Below are positions 1 through 13,239 of a stretch of 64,000 bases of DNA, piece by piece. Where the stretch lies: assembly GCF_037042905.1 (NCBI RefSeq), contig NC_087246.1, positions 5,148,001-5,212,000 on the forward strand, in the 5' to 3' direction. This DNA is from Lytechinus pictus. Taxonomy: Eukaryota. The notes beneath the pieces are model-generated. The model saw nothing but the letters and a program-made list of their open reading frames with translations, searched no databases and had not been told where the DNA came from. Numbering within the stretch: position 1 is the first letter of the stretch; each line of letters starts with the position of its first letter. The position numbers and the translations under genes are program-made.

Positions 1-277
1 AATTTTGGGCTTTGATGTCAGAGATCTTTGACGCTGATTTAGACCTAGTCTTTTTAGGCATTAATATAGCTCAGTCTTTTGAGGGTTGTATCTGATTTAC
101 CACCCTCTCCCTTAATTCTTAATGTTTTCATTTTTCATGATGAAGGCCATTTAATGTTTTAAAGATTAATTATTGTAAATCACAAAGCTTTGAAAATAAG
201 AACTCTTTGAGATTTACCAAAAGTTGAGTGTATGCCTTAAGCCACTCTATTTTACCGATCTTTTTTTTAATGTCCAG

Positions 278-3200
278 AGAAATTCTTGTAGAAGAAAGCA
301 ATGTACAGAGAGTAGATGCACCGGTTACAGTATGTGGGGATATCCACGGCCAATTTTATGACCTCAAAGAATTATTTAAGGTAAGATTGATTAACATTTG
401 TTTGCTTTTATCTGTATTTTTTCCCTTCTTTTGATGAAATTTCTGATAGTAATTAATTTCATTGTCAGCAGAAAGTTCAGTATCCTGATCAATGATGAGA
501 GGACTTCTTCTAAGGGCGTGTTTATGCTTCCAATTTTCAGGCCAAAATCAGTGTTTTCGTACGTGATTAATCCAAATCACGGTTGCGTCCATGCTAACTT
601 TCATTTAAACGACGTTTCAGAACGCCGATCGTAAATTTTAAAAGAGGTGCGTTTCTAAACTTGGTTTGACCAGAATCAGGGCTTATGGGGAAGTATAAAC
701 AGGACCACGATCGTAATTTGTTATGTGTTACATGCTTCCGATTAGATGAAAATCCGTGTGCAAATACAGTTGCGTATGGTTCTACAGGGAGTTGCCTCCA
801 CAGAATTACCTCTCAACTCCCTCTGGTATTAATGAGGACCAATGTGCATTTGCATGTGTGATTATTAAATTAAGTATTGTCACTATCACAATGAATGTGG
901 ATGGATTAAAAAAAAAATGATGATGAGGAGACATCGCTGCACTAGAAGCCCAAGTAGCTTCAGCAAAATGATGTCTTATTATTTTCTTATGTATAGTTTT
1001 ATACATTATTTTTTCTTACTATTATCCTAACCATGGTAGAAATTCTATGGCTATGTCAAGTAGCTCTATGCTATTATTTAAAGATTTGAAAATTGTTCGA
1101 AGTTAAAGGAGAATGAAACCCTTGAAACCAGCTGAATCCATATCAAAGAGAAAAATCAAAGGAACACATTGTTGAAAGTTTGAGGAAGATTGAATGAATA
1201 ATAAGAAAGTTATGAGCATTTGAATATTGAGATCACTAGTGCCATGTAGATCCTCCCATCGGCAATGCGACCAAGATCTGTGATATCACACACGTACAAC
1301 TCCCTCATTACTTTAGTACTTATTTCACTTATATTCTCACTTTTATAGAGTCTATCACAAGGTGAGGTGTTCTCTTTATGAGATGACAAGTACAGAGGTT
1401 TCACAACATTATATCATTGATGAATCGTTTGTCATATGATTAGAATGAGCAAAAAGAAATGTTTTGGGGTATATTTTCAGTGTCCAAATGGGAGAGTTGT
1501 ACGTGTGTGACATCACAGATCTTGGTCGCATTGCCAATGGGAGGATCTCCATAGCATTAGTGATCTCGACATTCAAATGCTCATAACTCTTTTATTGCTA
1601 GTCCTATTTTACTGAAACTTTTGTTGATCTTATTTTTTGATTTTTCTGCTTTCACAAAAGCTAACTTGCTCCAAGAGTTTCATTCTCCTTTAAAATAATA
1701 GTCGACCATAACAACACTAAAAAAAAAACTTTCGAAAAAGGGCAAGCCCAATTTGACCTTGCTTTCCTGCTCAACGTATGATACGATGCGAAGCCAGCTG
1801 CAGATTGCAATTTCGCCTCTGTAAAATTAAGCATAAACAGCACTCCCAGAACCACGTTTGCGATTGGCGTTCTGAAACAACGTTTGAAAACGCTGATTCT
1901 GTCTCCGCAATGGAAGCATAAACCCACTCTTAGATTAAGTGACAAATTTATTATGTTTGATTATATTTGATGTTTTTTTTATGCAAGAGTGAAATGTAAA
2001 TACAGATGATTAAATACATGCTATTGAAAGAAAAAAAAGTGACAAATAAATGAAAATATTTCTTACTCTGATGGCTAGAGTTGTCAAATAGTGTTAATAT
2101 TAAATTTATGTCCATGATGATAGATGATTCCACCATGCCACAAATGATCTTTTCATTCAAATTGTTATTGCTGTCATGATAAAGCATGTCCCAGTAAGAA
2201 TTACAAAAAATATTACAGGTAACACCAGAATTGGCATTGCAATCTTTCCTATAATTTTCTTCCTCTGTTTCATCTCTCCTTATCCTACTTTATCTCTTTT
2301 GCTTTATTTTTTCTCAGTGTTACAGTCTTAAGATGATTATGTAATTTCTCTTGCCTGCATACATGTAGCAGATGATATAATTTTTCATTGATTGTTGCAG
2401 GTTGGTGGTGATGTCCCTGACACAAATTATCTTTTCATGGGTGACTTTGTGGATAGAGGCTTTTACAGTGTAGAAACTTTTCTTCTTCTTTTAGCTCTTA
2501 AAGTAAGTATTTCTGTTTTTTTTTTAATTTTGTGTTCTTTACTCAGATTTTCAATTCTTCTTGAAACACTGTAGCCTCTAGTTCATAATTTTTATTTTTC
2601 TGTTTCCAACCGTTTGGGATATGCCTTCGATAGCCTGTTAGCCTATTTTGTGTGATCTTATGTATTATATGCCTTTTATCAATAATTGTATGTATATTCT
2701 TTTTATGCAGATGTGAAATAAATAAATTAAATTAATTAAATGAGGAAACACGCTCAACATCATTGCATTTTTGCAAGCACAATACAAAATTATGTGAATG
2801 CTGTGTTTTGTGTGCAAATTTACTGTACAGCAAATTTTTTTTTTTCTTTTTGTACCTCTGGTTGCTTCCTCCATTCTTTGTGCCATCTCTCATTGGAAAT
2901 ACAAAATATTGTCTTGAAGTTGGAGAAAGCGTGAAAGATCAATACGAGATTGTTCAGTCATTGTGGAACTCTACTCTGCCCCTATTTTGAACTCTCAAGT
3001 CTAACAGTCATGACACTTATACAAGCAATAAACATATACCTATATTGTCACCGTTGTCTTCCTATCTCAGGTTAGGTATCCAGACAGAATCACATTAATT
3101 AGAGGGAATCATGAAAGCAGACAAATCACTCAGGTGTATGGTTTTTATGATGAATGTCTAAGAAAATATGGTTCTATCACAGTGTGGAGATACTGTACAG

Positions 3201-6200
3201 AGATCTTTGATTACCTTAGTCTATCTGCAATCATTGATGGAAAGGTAAGATGATTTAAAGCCCATGTCCAGTATTGGTAGCAGAAGTCATTGTTAACATG
3301 AATATTAATTGTTCTTGCTGTAACCCTTTGATGGATCAGATTCAAGCATTAATGTGTACATTACATATGGTAGTGCTGATTATCAGGTTTAATGAAAGGA
3401 CTTGTCAGATGTTTCATCGAACATAGTCTGTTTTATTAGACAGTTACTCCTACAGTGCGTCCCAGAAAAAAGGAAACTGGGATTCCCACATCTTTTTTCT
3501 TCAAAGGCAAATTAATTATAATTTTCAATTTATATCATCATTCATACAATTCAATTGTTCCGCTCCATTTTGATACCTAATATGTGACAAACTCTTCACA
3601 CATTAATGAGCAAGATGAGTTTAAAATTTTAATGTCAAAATCAGGTTGCGCAGAAAAATTGGACAAGATTGGTTTGTGATACGACAACCATGCTTATTCG
3701 ACAGTTGAATCATTAGCATTTCTTTTGTATTCTTTGTGAAGTGTCTCTCACTGATCCCTGAAATGAGGAAATGAGAGTACTTTCAGATTCTTACATGAGT
3801 TTCTGCACAAATCGTTTCTGATAGGCCTCAATATTTATTGTTTGTAACCTGCCATGCGTGAATGATTTGTAAAGTTTTTGGTCTCAAATTAAAGATGAGG
3901 TTCTACTCTTACCGTAAGTATGAAATTTATAATAAAAACATATTAGATAATTGTGAAATTTATCTTTGAAAACAGGTTTTTTTTTTGTGGGATGCACTGT
4001 ACATGTATTAACAGCTGGACAATTTTGCTTATCCAATAACCATTGAAAGTTGTCAGATCTAACATAATGTACTGTTGGATGGCGATTGTTCATGAAAATC
4101 TGCTCACATGATGTCATTTGAGGATTAAAAAAACAAAAGTCAGAAAAGTCATGGCTTGTTAAAATAAATTATAAACCCATTATATGTAAAATCAAAATAA
4201 ATCATGTTGCGGGCAATTCCAAGAATTATAGGATCCCCCCAAAAAAGAACTTTGCTCCATCACAGACTCATGAAAATGTTCATAGTCAAATTTAATATAG
4301 AGGTTGTGAAACCAAAGGGGTCTCCTACACACCAAAAATAATATTGACCCAAAACGCCTTCCAATACTGTTTTCAGTAACTTATGAATTTTTTGCTTTGC
4401 ACCAGGCCTGCGCTAAAATTAGCCTGCACCGTTGCATTCAGTAACAATGGAAGAGCCGGCGCTACATTTACGATCACCCGTTAAAATGCCTGGGCACTTG
4501 GGACTGGCGCTGGTCTGGTGCTGATAAAAGCAGTGTAAAAAAAGCCTGGGCCTGAAATACCCCACGCCATTCATATACTAAAAATTTTATGACTGAGACT
4601 AAGACTGGTCTTGATCAGTGAGTTATTGAAATAGTATGAGAATCCAAACCACAAAAATAGATTTAAAAGGGGCTATCTGGACAGTTTTTTACACTATGGT
4701 AGAAAAACTTGTATCTCTTGTATATGTTTCCAGTTGGATCATCTGAATGCCATTATGCCACACCTAATAAGAAGGTTGAAAAGTTGCAGAAAAAATTGAA
4801 AAATATAAACTTTGTAGTGCTGGCCATATGTTTACATAACTAACCCTGACCAGTAATTTTTGTCTTGTTTCAGTCAGAAATTATAAGCTTTTCATACCAT
4901 GTTTCCTATCAAATGACTTGTAAACTATCCAGCAATGTATCACAGTTTGTTTTGTTTGAACCCAGATTGTGGGAATGTTGGGACAAACATATGTCCTAAC
5001 TTTTTATGTCCTCTTTTTCATAGTGTATCTTACCATAATTTAAGGGGTACTCCGGGCTGAAAAGAGTAAAATCAGACAGCAAAACAACAAAAATTTCATC
5101 ATAAATGGACAAGGAATATAAAGTTATGACAATTAAAAGTTTTGCATTAATTTGATGATACAGTTATATGCATTCCCATATGAATATGCCATCAGCAAGT
5201 TATGTCATATCCCCACCTGCTCTCTTGTATTTTGTTAATTACATGCAATTATTTGTTGATTCAAATTTTGTCCTCCAACAACCTAAAAATTAATGTGTGA
5301 GATAATCATTGCTGAAACTTATTTGTTACAAGACAGAAATACCATGTATACATACATGTATGAAAATATTAAATAATTCATGATTTCATGTATTGATTGA
5401 TTGATTTTATTCATATATACACCATTGTCAACATAACAAACATTTGTGATTAGTATAATCACAAAGATGATATATATACATGAAAGGATCATCATAATCT
5501 CTAAGAGCTTGAGAGCGATGTCCAAAATATATTTATACATAAATTATACAATAGATAGCTAAAAGAATACAATCAATGATGCAAGCATCAAATTACAGAA
5601 TATAACATATAAACAAAGAGGAAAGTTCGGACACGTCATCATCAGCCCACAGGTCATGACAGCATGCATATAACTGTTCACAAACCATTTCTAAACTTTT
5701 AAATTTAATAGCTTTGTTATTTGTTAACATATTTTGATAGATTTTCAGTAGTTTGCTCGTTGAATATAAGTATTTTCTTCATGGAGTACGTACCCCTTTA
5801 AAGTTCTTGCAATAATTTGGTGAAAAGTGTCTCATCATCATTTTGATGTGATGTAGGCTTTATCTAGAAGTATCAACACTAAAAAAAACCCAGCAAACTA
5901 ATCTATCATCTTCAAGTAGGAATCAATAGTGAATTTATGAATTTATTTTCTTTTCTTTGATGGTTCAGATCTTCTGTGTCCATGGAGGTCTATCACCGTC
6001 TATTACAACACTAGATCAGATCAGGATGATTGACAGGAAACAGGAGGTACCTCATGACGGTCCAATGTGTGATCTTCTATGGTCAGATCCAGAAGGTAAT
6101 ACTCATTTCTTATCAAACTCAGAGAAACATTAATAGTTCAATGATTTTGGTTGAGAAACAAGAGCAACCTCACTACAACACAGTATTGCTAGTATTTATT

Positions 6201-7710
6201 GCATTAAGCACAACGCTGTGATGTTTGAATATTATTTTTAATATTTTTGAATAATTTTTTTTATGAACGATGCTGACGTTGATGAGGATGATAGTAGAAT
6301 TTAACTTTTTACACTTTGATTTTGTAGATAAACAGGAGTGCCCCCATCAGAAAAGAATAGCTATATTTTAAAGATATTTATTGTACATGTACAGTATGAA
6401 GTATGGATAATAATGACACCACTACAACTACTGAACACACACCACGATACTCCTACTGGCTATGGAGCTACTTATGAAACTTATATAGACCCATGCTCAC
6501 TCCCCAAACTACAAGTAATTGTTAGCAAGCTGTCTGCCTTCAAAACAATTAAGTGCATTGCAGACATGTACATGTAACTGGGAAGGAAATATGACATAAA
6601 TGAATGTTCATTCAGTGTTGAACATCTCTTTCACTTTCACTATATCCTGAGCAGATACCCAAGGATGGGGTGTAAGCCCCAGGGGTGCAGGTTATCTCTT
6701 TGGTAGTGATGTCGTCAGCCAATTCAACGCAGCCAACAACATTGATATGATCTGTAGGGCGCATCAACTCGTTATAGAAGGTTACAAGTGGCATTTCAAT
6801 GAAACGGTGCTAACAGTTTGGTCTGCTCCAAACTATTGCTACAGGTAAACCAATACTCTGTTCACTAATAGATCACCTATCACAAGTATTAAAATGATTT
6901 GGAAAGCATTATTGAATTTCATTAGTTTTAACATTGTAGAAAGATATTAAAGAGACCAGTGTAATTTCTGTTGACTTATGCTGGTTCAATTCATACATGA
7001 TATCCAGATATTTTATTTTGTTTTATCATATTATATGTTCACGCTAAACACTTGCATTTGCTTGATATTCATTTGTTGTGTTAGGTTTGTAAGCATTACT
7101 TGGTTTTAAGTGATTGTTGTTATGCCCTACTGCAATTACAAGCGATCTATCATATCTGATGTCTTCATTTTCAGATGTGGTAACGTGGCTGCCATTCTAG
7201 AGCTTGATGAGCATTTACAGAGAGACTTTACAATATTTGAAGCTGCTCCTCAGGTGAGTATAATGAAATTCTAGTATTAGGGGTCATTTTGTTTGAATTG
7301 AAACTCCCCAATTACTTGGGTATTGTACAACTGTGACATCACACATCTTGGTCACATTGCCGATAGAAAGGATGTACACCTCATTAGTGATGTCAACATT
7401 TATGTGCTCATAATTTTCTTAATATTCTGTTAATTTTTCTCAAAATTTAATTGATTTTTTTCTGTTTTCATACAATCTAACTTGTTCCCAGGGTTTTATT
7501 CTCCTTTAAGTCATCCAAAGAATGACCAATCGCTGTACTCCATCCAACTAATATCCTTTAGAAACAATTGTTTGCACTCAGAATGTCAGCGTGTCAGGAT
7601 TAAATTATAACTTGTAATTATGATGAAATAACAATCTGGTTGCTTTCTCCTTCATGCAGGAGGTTCGAGGGATACCCGCCAAGAAGCCTCAGCCAGACTA
7701 CTTCCTGTGA
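278..7710 (+). CDS. PPP4C: Serine/threonine-protein phosphatase 4 catalytic subunit (5'-partial; first coding exon(s) lie upstream of the window)
   Basis: Exons 278-380, 2401-2502, 3071-3244, 5969-6095, 6655-6844, 7175-7253, 7660-7710, all AG/GT-bounded with consistent phases. They translate to [61 protein letters not shown]...[24 protein letters not shown]...[11 protein letters not shown]...[16 protein letters not shown]. The GDIHG/GDFVDRG/RGNHE PPP motifs and the DYFL end match PP4C. Confidence 0.97.
514..1929. mobile_element. Non-autonomous DNA element, probably PIF/Harbinger-type, in a PPP4C intron; contains a nested MITE
   Basis: Terminal inverted repeat gggcgtgtttatgcttcc / ggaagcataaacccactc, flanked by TAA and TTA. 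Confidence 0.5.
1107..1689. mobile_element. MITE with TTAA target duplication (Kolobok-like), copy 1
   Basis: TTAA|aggagaatgaaac ... gtttcattctcct|TTAA. A near-identical copy lies at 28023-28604 and a partial copy at ~7310-7509. Confidence 0.8.
3453..3999. mobile_element. Tc1/mariner-type MITE
   Basis: TA|cagtgcgtcccagaaaaaa ... ttttttgtgggatgcactg|TA termini. Confidence 0.7.
5044..5797. mobile_element. MITE with ggggtactcc termini (related copy ~54180-54537)
   Basis: ttaaggggtactcc ... ggagtacgtaccccttt inverted ends in a TTAA-like context. Confidence 0.5.
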
Positions 7711-10678
7711 TAGTCACCACCTCCACTGCTTTTATACCACAAAGTTTTATCTTTTTTGTGACGAGATCGCAATAGTTTTCCAACTCTGATTCATCAGCAC
7801 TTGTTCCAGCAGGGCCTGGAAACCCTACTTTATTGCACGGTCTGCAGATTATAATACATGGAGGTTTTGTCATCATTACAGCACATGTCGCAGATGTTTG
7901 AACTTCATTGTTATTGCAGTATTTTACTACCAACTATTGCCCCCAAAATGTCAGAAATACTGCAACTTTAATGGAAAAATATGGATTGGTCCTGAAACTG
8001 TATCACCATGCATGTTTATTACAGCAAAGGTGAAAAGCAATGTTTGTCCATTCATCCTCAAACTACTATAATGTTTTGCTTGTACATGTATGTTGGCTGT
8101 GTTATTATATTGCCATCAGGTTTGCTGATCAAGGATTATGAAGGCACTGATTATTTTAGCAGATTTGTACTAGCTCTATAGTTCATTCAGTATGTAATCT
8201 AACTGTAAGTTAATTTGCTAGAGTCTAAAACACTATCTTGATGATAGATGCTATCATCAAGTTATTCATTGTTGACTTTCTGTTGATGGAATCACTGTAT
8301 CTATGACATGATGGAACACAGCTATGCCAGAGTTGTGACTAGGATTCACAATGTATCTTTACAATAGCGATCAAACTGGACCTGTTTGTGATTTATGGGA
8401 AATCAATTTGAACAAGATGTCCCAGGAATCTCCTGAAATCAAGTTAAAAAAGTATTAGGCATTTTAAGAGCTGGGACCAGAAATATCGAATTCCTATATA
8501 AGAAGCTTTATATCTTTACCATCTATCTTTGTAATGCGTTGCCCCTGCATTTCTATATTTGAATTGATTGTCACCTATTAAACGTCATTGTACTCCTACT
8601 CGATGAACTCAATTTAATTAGTTTTTTATAGAACATTTTGATGACGCATATTTTGAATACAAATGTATATTAAAGGTCACCTTGAATATGTGAACTATCA
8701 TCACATCGCCTTAGTTAAATGATCACCGTGAAAGTTGTCATGGTCTTTATCTTGTAGGTCATACCAAGTGCACATTTTATCCAGTATCCAAATTTATACA
8801 TTATGAAACATACATACATGTAGTCGTAAAGTGACAACCAACATTGTCAGATTGTTCCATGATGGTAATATAGAACTTGGTATTAAGAGGTTTATGATGT
8901 TCACTTGTTGTTGTTTAGAGCATTCTTTGTTTTGAAAGAGAATGAGGTCGAAAATGGTAATGAAACAATGTATTACTTGCTTATCAGCATAGACTTGATA
9001 GACACAGTGTGAATTTGAACATGCACTTCCAAACAGCATGAGATACATATTGAAAGGCCAGAGTGCCCGATACATTGTGAGCATTAGCTCATCATAAAAA
9101 CTACTGTTTTTAATCTTTTTTTATGGTACTAGGTATATGCTTGTGACATTATTGTATTTAATTTGAGGTGTCTTGGAAAGGTTTGTGAAATGGAGGACTA
9201 CTACACCTGTATAACTGAGTCTGCATAAATGGACCTTTTATAAGTTGAGAAGAATTTTCAGAACAGATTTTGCAAAGCATGTGTTATTAACCTCTCCTAA
9301 TTTTACATATAAAGTGGAACAGATTTGTGTGGTCCCAAAGTATTATGCAGTCTCACTTGTAATGTATCATTTTGTCACAGTATTATAAAGGTATAGAGTT
9401 ATGGAATGTAGTAGACTGGTCTCAGTATGTGGTGATGAACCATGTGTTCTTCTTATTATTGCCAGTTTTGTCATATTTTGTACTTACACAAGGATTATGG
9501 TCAGTAGTATTTATTTTGGGAGTGGGCAAATTGTTAATCACTTTGCATAATGGCCAGGGTTTCTGATTGTATTTTGGTATTTTGGAAACCTGTGCATTGG
9601 TCAGGGACTACTTTTGGGTGACTATTTCACAAAAGCTGGGTGACTCTCATAATATATGATTAGCTGGCCATGTTCAACTGAGAGGTAAACCCCAGTATGG
9701 AACATGTTGATATGCCAAATGGAGTAATCTTGTGTAAAGAATGAGATGAAAAAACTGGCGTAACAAAATTATCAGTCAGTATTTTGTCTTGGAATTTGAT
9801 TGTTTGTTACTTTGATTTTTCACGCATCAGGTTATTGAGGTTTTTCTGTGTAAGGGGATTCACACTTAGGTAAACTGGGGTCGATAACAATAACTGAAAA
9901 TAATCAATTAATGATGATGAGAAGTAATCCAAGGTACCTTGGCATAAAACTATTTTTCATGGTAAATGTGTCAATTGCAACTACCATGTCCAGAGGATTA
10001 TTACTTTATTGAGCTCTGTCACCATAGTAATTGCCATTGATACCAAAGTTACTATCAATGACAACTTGTGTTACTTGGCCATATAGTTATTTTCTGTTCT
10101 CATCAGCCCTTAAAGGGGTGTGCAATTCATGGAATTGAATTTACAGGTTGTACTCTGAACTACAGTTTAACATATTCAAAGTCTTGGCTACAACTATGGG
10201 AACAAATGACTGCCAAACATTTGTTTACTCTATATGCTTGTGAGTATGGTAACTAAGATCTTTCATATGCTTTAATAATGGGGAGGAAACTATTAATCAT
10301 TTAAAAGTGGTTAGCCATGCTTTCGGTGCCACATGTGATGATATAATGAACATCTATTTATTTGATATTTGCATTGCATGTAGCCACCCATATAGTTAAA
10401 CTACCAATTAGGCTATGGTTTAAGTTAAACAAGAGTTAAATCAGACTGCACACTGTGAGATGCAGGATAAACAGAACAAACATTTGAAAATAAATCTTGT
10501 AAGTTTTAGCTAAACACAAAATGATGATAATCTGACCATTGGCCTTGCATCAGGTTTAATGTGGTTGCTTGGGCCTTTTGTATAACACCTTTTACCATAA
10601 AGACCTTCTTACGAATTGAAAAATTATGGTTAGTACAATGCTGCTATTGACTTTATCACAGGAAAAACAAACCTGTGA

Positions 10679-10850
10679 GGTGTTTCATAAAGCTGTTTGT
10701 AAGTTAAGAGTGATTTTAAGAAAGACTGAACCTTTTTTTACAAGCTAGATAATCACCAATGAACATTTAATGGTAAATATGATCTACCACAATGATCACC
10801 AGTCATTCTTAAAGTTGCTCTTAACTTACAAACAGCTTTATGAAACACCC
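10679..10850. repeat. Short palindromic (foldback) element downstream of PPP4C
   Basis: ggtgtttcataaagctgtttgtaagttaagag ... ctcttaacttacaaacagctttatgaaacacc arms. Confidence 0.7.
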
Positions 10851-13239
10851 ACCCGGTACAAAACAATTAAGTTTTCTGTGCAGTGCACATCTCTCAGAAA
10901 TCTTATAGGGTGTTGCAAGAAACTTGATTGCGATCAATTGCAAATATCATTTTGTCATTGGTAGGTCTAAGTTAAGTAAGTAAATCAAATTGTGCTCACT
11001 TCTGCAAGAATAATCACTCTCAAGTTTGCAATGAATCACAATACATAAGATTATTTTAGCAAACATATGACTTTATTTGCAATCAATCCCAGGTTTCTTG
11101 TAGTACCTTCTTTCTTGGTGAATCCCCTACATGTAGTTTACTTATAGTCAAATTGTTTTGTTTTCTTACTGTTTTGTTTTCTTAGTGTTTTACTGAGAAA
11201 GCTTTCTGAACATATCAAAAATGAGACACATTCTTGTGGAATTATTGTATTAAAAAAAAATCTCCCAGTCTAATTGAATACCTCATGTAAAGACATACCC
11301 ATTAATTTGAGCTGATCTAATGCTTTAGAATGAATTTTTCCTATTAAGTTATAAAAGCAACTAATGTCTGTAATTTGTAATTTAAAAGGGTATCATTATG
11401 TGCCAGTTACTGCTTATTCCTTTTGAATTTTTATTTAATGCAACTTCGGGCAACATGTAACCATACTACTTGCCCAAGATTGTGAAAAATGTAAATATGT
11501 GAATTATTTCCTTTTTAAAAAATGATGAAATGTCCAATTGGTTTCTTCCTTGATCTTTTCAGTGGATTAAAGATGTTGCCTTTGTAAATTACCTGTAAAT
11601 TACTAGAAGGAAGCCCACTCGGAATTTTATTAAAAACCCTATGGTACTAATTTCTTCCCATTTGTGTGTTGTTTGGACTATTCATTGTGTCTGTATAGTG
11701 ATTAAGAATCATTGAGCTTGTGTTTCATGAATACTTTTTTTACCATTACTTTATTTCACCATTAGAATGTTTTCATTAATTTATAACCTGTGGTCTTTAA
11801 ATACCATAGTTCATTGTCTAGTGATATGTTTACCCATGGTAACAGGATTAATTGAAAATAGACCCATTTAGATAGAACCAAAAAATAAAAATGCCTTGTG
11901 AAATGAAACATTAATCATTATCAAAAGTGACTATCATTATTCAAATCAAGATGGGAGACTGAAACATCCGAGGCGTGACTACTTGCATCTAGGGCCAGAA
12001 CACCAGGCCTTAATAGTGACTGAGCGTAAGTTTGATTTTAACAACTGATTGTACATCTTGGTCCATGCAATCAATAGTAAAAGTTTGTTTTATGATCATT
12101 GCCAAACTTTGTGATAGGGAAATAGTTGGATTATTTAGTTTCATCATGCTATGTACCAGCAACAATTTACAATATTTACATCTCTCAGGATGTGGGATGG
12201 GGAGAAATATGGCCTGCCTCGAGTTTTTCAATCTCAGATCTATCCAACTATTTGATTTCCTATCAACAAATATATCAGGTGTCACATCCTCTATCCTATC
12301 ATATGTTTTTTATCAAACCATAATCTTTTCCATAATAACAGCAACAAAAATACAATGGTTTCACTTTAAAACCATTTGAGAAAGAAATCAATTGTATTAT
12401 ACAAATAATGAATGTTTATGAGCGCAATGGACATAATACTTTATAAGGCGAAAGATGAAATGATCCATGCCGAGTTGGATGGATCATTCATTTCATCTTT
12501 CACCGAATGAAGTATTTTGTCCATTGCACGAATGAAAAGAACATTCATTATTTGGTTTATATGGCACCTAGAATGGATTCTTTTTCATATGAAATTTGTG
12601 AATTTCAAAGCAAAATATGCTCATGCAGTGTGAGCTCGGTGTGTTGATTGTCGCGTATATACAACATGCGTGCTGCAAACATTAGTGGTGCCTGCAGTCT
12701 GGGTACGCGTGTGCAATGGACAAAATCATATGGATCCAAAATTGCACGATGAATGGATCTAAAATTGCACGGTTGATGACATAAAATGGGCTGAATGATT
12801 TATATCGACCAACCAATCAAATGAGAAGGATCTATCTAGGTGTCATATAAATTACAGTTCAGAAAGAATAAAATGAAAAACAAGCAAGCCTTTTGCTGAG
12901 AATTGGTACCATAAATTATTCTAATGATATTCATGAAGATAACACAACAAAAGATACAGGATACATGACGATTTCATTGATACTTTATAATTTTGTATTA
13001 TCATTGTTCATATAATTTTCTTCAAAATATATTATTTATATCATACCAATATGATCTTATTCAGCATATTAACATTCAAATTAAAATAAAGAATAACGGG
13101 AAATACCTGTAGTCTTTGTGCACACAATGGCCCATATTTTCAACTCGGGTTTAGATGAAATTATAGGAGGTGTCACAAATATGTTAACACTATTTTTTTG
13201 TGTTTAACTGGGCTCTTTTGTGTGCTTTGATTGTGAATA

